A DNA stretch of 64,000 bases from Cercozoa sp. M6MM (Eukaryota; Protista; Endomyxa: Ascetosporea): NCBI GenBank assembly GCA_040357565.1, contig JBDODJ010000013.1; one strand, given 5' to 3'. The notes beneath the pieces were generated by a model. That model was not told the origin of the DNA. It made no database searches and was given only the letters and a program-made list of their open reading frames with translations. Shown piece after piece: positions 61,677 through 64,000 of this stretch (positions are counted from its first letter, which is position 1; each line of letters starts with the position of its first letter). The translations under genes and the position numbers were made by a program.

Positions 61677-62973
61677 GAAGCGACACACCGCACGGAAGCC
61701 GACATGTTGACCTCAAACGGGGACTCTTCGCGTACGTACTCGTCGGCAATGAAGCTCTGAAAACACACAAGATACAAGAAAAGCGTGCGACAAGAAACGA
61801 GGAGATCAACTTAAATACCAACAGACGCTTTGACGAGTACGCTTTGAATTGCGACACATCTGCACAAACGCAACCCAACTAAGGTTCCCCAAGGTGGCAG
61901 CAAAGCAAGATACCATTCACAAAGAGAAGCGACTCTTCGGCCAACTGGGCCAGTGTGAAGCGAGCAAACGCCTCGTGCAGCACTGTAAGGTGAGTCGGAG
62001 TGTCGAGGTTCAAGCTGCTAGTCTGCGTGTTGATAATACCAGGATCGCTGATGATCTCATCGATGCCGATGTCGGTCGAAATGGCGTCTACGTTGTCATC
62101 CTGTGCAACCGGACTTTCAGTTCTTTTTCGACATCCAACAGCACAAAAAAGTCGACCGTACTTCGGCATAGTCCTCGTTCCGCGACAGGTTGGCTTTGAA
62201 GGAAACCAACAGTTTCTTCAAGTTGCTACGCACACGCATATTATTCATTCAGAGAGGAGCTAGAGAGGTCTCAGTCAAACTGCACCGCACGAGACCCTCC
62301 TTGCGGAACAACGACGTTTGTTTGGCCATCACGATGGGCAACTGATTTAGACAAACAGTAACGAGAACATATTGCGACGGGACAAGCGTTCGCTTTACCA
62401 ATTCCTGTGCCTTCGACGACGTGTTTTGCTTCTGCTAGATTCCAAGGGGGAGGGTACATTAGACCACGCAGCTGCGCAGTCTCAACAGGAAAAAGTGAAG
62501 GCTACCCTTGGCCCGCCGCTACGGGACCTCCTCCGAGTCACATGTCCACTCGACCCCGCCTGCGGCGAGTCAGTAAATGAATCGTACCAAAACTGACTAA
62601 GTTTATTACTTTGCGGGATGGCACTCGTACCTCCGTTGAAGTGCCGATCTGGTCTTGCGAGGCGCAGATGCCCATTTCGCTTGCACTGCGGTTGTTATGC
62701 TGCGACACGAAGCGCACACAGAGAAAAAGGTCAAGCGGCTACGTGAGTTTTTTTAGAATTTTTAGACGATTGGTGTGATCTCTCCCCCAATAAAGCACAA
62801 TTTCCATCGACCACAGCGACGGTCAGGCCCTTGGGAAGCGCTTCATGCACCACTTGTTTGAACACCACCCCAGAGGCCCAAGACTGAGCCGCGGCCTCTC
62901 CTGTGATCGAACCTGCGAACCTGCGGAAAAGATCTCGAACAAACTGAACGCCGGCCGTTTCAACAGTGATCAT
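58796..62973 (-). CDS. RGS domain fused to an AIFM2/FSP1-like FAD-dependent NAD(P)H oxidoreductase; start tentative
   Basis: RGS part: GIDEIISDPVLHEAFARFTLAQLAEESLLFVNDVSQFK...FIADEYVREESPFEVNMSASVRQ...LDRADAEIRELLKTNFVASF. Oxidoreductase part: RVVVVGAGPGG, YDSLVLATG, IVVVGGGLTG..EMASE, GAVKVD, NVYAVGD, FISLG. Confidence 0.82.
59531..59640 (-). repeat. (CA)n microsatellite, i.e. sense (TG)n, in an intron, containing a 10-N gap
   Basis: Directly visible. Similar shorter tracts at 61484-61510 and 61636-61673, and (CATA)n at about 60198-60260. Confidence 0.95.
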
Positions 62974-63178
62974 GATCGTGCATCAAAAGCCAGCAATATT
63001 CGAATCAATCGCGAACGTCGCGTCTGGTCTGGTTTAGTAATTGAGAACGCAACCAATTCTACCTGAACTGGATTGAACGGACGAGTGCAGAGAATAGAAT
63101 ACTTCAGCGCAACTGGCGAAAGCAACCAAGTAAAAATGACGATCTGGCCGCAGTAGGGGCGGCATGCACACGCGATGG

Positions 63179-64000
63179 TCACCAAGTATCGTCGCGCTTT
63201 TCGGGTTGTCGGAAGAGCGACGCGAACCAGTCGTCGCCTTCGCGAATACTGGATGACGTGCGCGGATTGAGGATTCGGTTTTCGCCGGAATCGACGAGCG
63301 CTCTACAGAACCAAAAATCAACCAACTCCAACTCAAAACTCAAAAGCAGGCCGCACCTGTCCTCAGGAGAAAGCAGCTCCCTCAAGTGACTGTTCCACTT
63401 CGTGGTGGCCAGCCAGTAGTCAGTCATGACGTAGACCATCCACTCGGTCTCCGTCTGCGGCAGCTCAAGCTCGTCGATCTTGAAAGTGCGATGTGCGAGC
63501 AGCTGCGCCCGGCGAAGAGTCTCATCCTGAGCAAGCACCCCGCGAGTTCACAAAAAATCGATTCAAGCACGTTCAAGGATACCTCAGTTGTTCGCTCGAT
63601 GTCTTTTGAAAGCTGCAAGAACCTGCTGCACCGCTCGTCCATGATTTCGTCGTCGACACGCGGCACTCGCGCAAGTTCTTCACTGCACCCCAGAAAAAAG
63701 TCACACAAAAAGCACAGGCCTAGCTAACGTACTCTACGTATTCCATGGCTTGAAGCTGAGCGACGGCAACATTGTGCAACCTTCTGTCAGCTCTACACAA
63801 GACTAGCAATGCACAGCTCGAAATCGATATCGACTGAGAGAACTCACTCAGTCAACACGCACAGTCGCAGACCTTCCCGCAACACACCAGCATCTAAAGT
63901 GTTAGCTTGGATCCGTTGCACGGCCTCGCGCAAGATGAAACAGCCATCGCGCTTACGCGCGGACACAGCAGCTTCTGACTGATCGACTTCTGGTTGAGGC
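63179..64000 (-). CDS. Hypothetical protein, 3' part (5' end beyond the window)
   Basis: Exons EELARVPRVDDEIMDERC... | DETLRRAQLLAH...EDR | ALVDSGEN...DDTW* join in frame through GT-AG introns. Confidence 0.5.

Noticed and set aside
1-64000. Alternative genetic code or stop read-through to explain fragmented ORFs
   Set aside because: In the conserved genes checked, every in-frame stop falls inside a GT-AG intron, and TAA, TAG and TGA all end genes.
62973-64000. Extending the RGS-oxidoreductase gene to include the upstream minus exons
   Set aside because: The upstream spliced frame stops at 63179, and all three frames are closed near 62970-63010. A longer intron could bridge them, but nothing supports it.

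Overview
This is compact, very intron-rich eukaryotic DNA, probably from a protist; the taxon cannot be assigned from this window. Introns are short (mostly about 45-100 nt) and GT-AG, and the standard genetic code fits, so the ORF track is fragmented and mostly shows exon pieces or antisense shadows. Splicing exons by eye gives about 24 genes. Recognisable ones are HYOU1/Grp170 (3' part), a TRM2/TRMT2A tRNA m5U methyltransferase, a P-type IIB Ca2+-ATPase with about 39 introns, a two-pore channel, a BRAP2-like fragment, an Eps15-like protein, mitochondrial processing peptidase alpha, a bacterial-type alpha-2-macroglobulin-like gene of about 8.4 kb, and an SP-RING SUMO E3 ligase. Several others are orphans. 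The two most striking architectures are (1) an RGS domain spliced in frame to an AIFM2/FSP1-like FAD/NAD(P)H oxidoreductase and (2) a signal peptide plus MRH-like domain fused to a fungal/bacterial-type DOPA 4,5-dioxygenase. Non-coding oddities include a TTTACCCC motif just after splice donors on both strands, sense-strand (UG)n intron tracts, and a 47-bp perfect inverted repeat bracketing one exon. I found no rRNA, tRNA, CRISPR array or clear transposase. All gene models and family calls come from manual splicing and motif recognition, with no database search.
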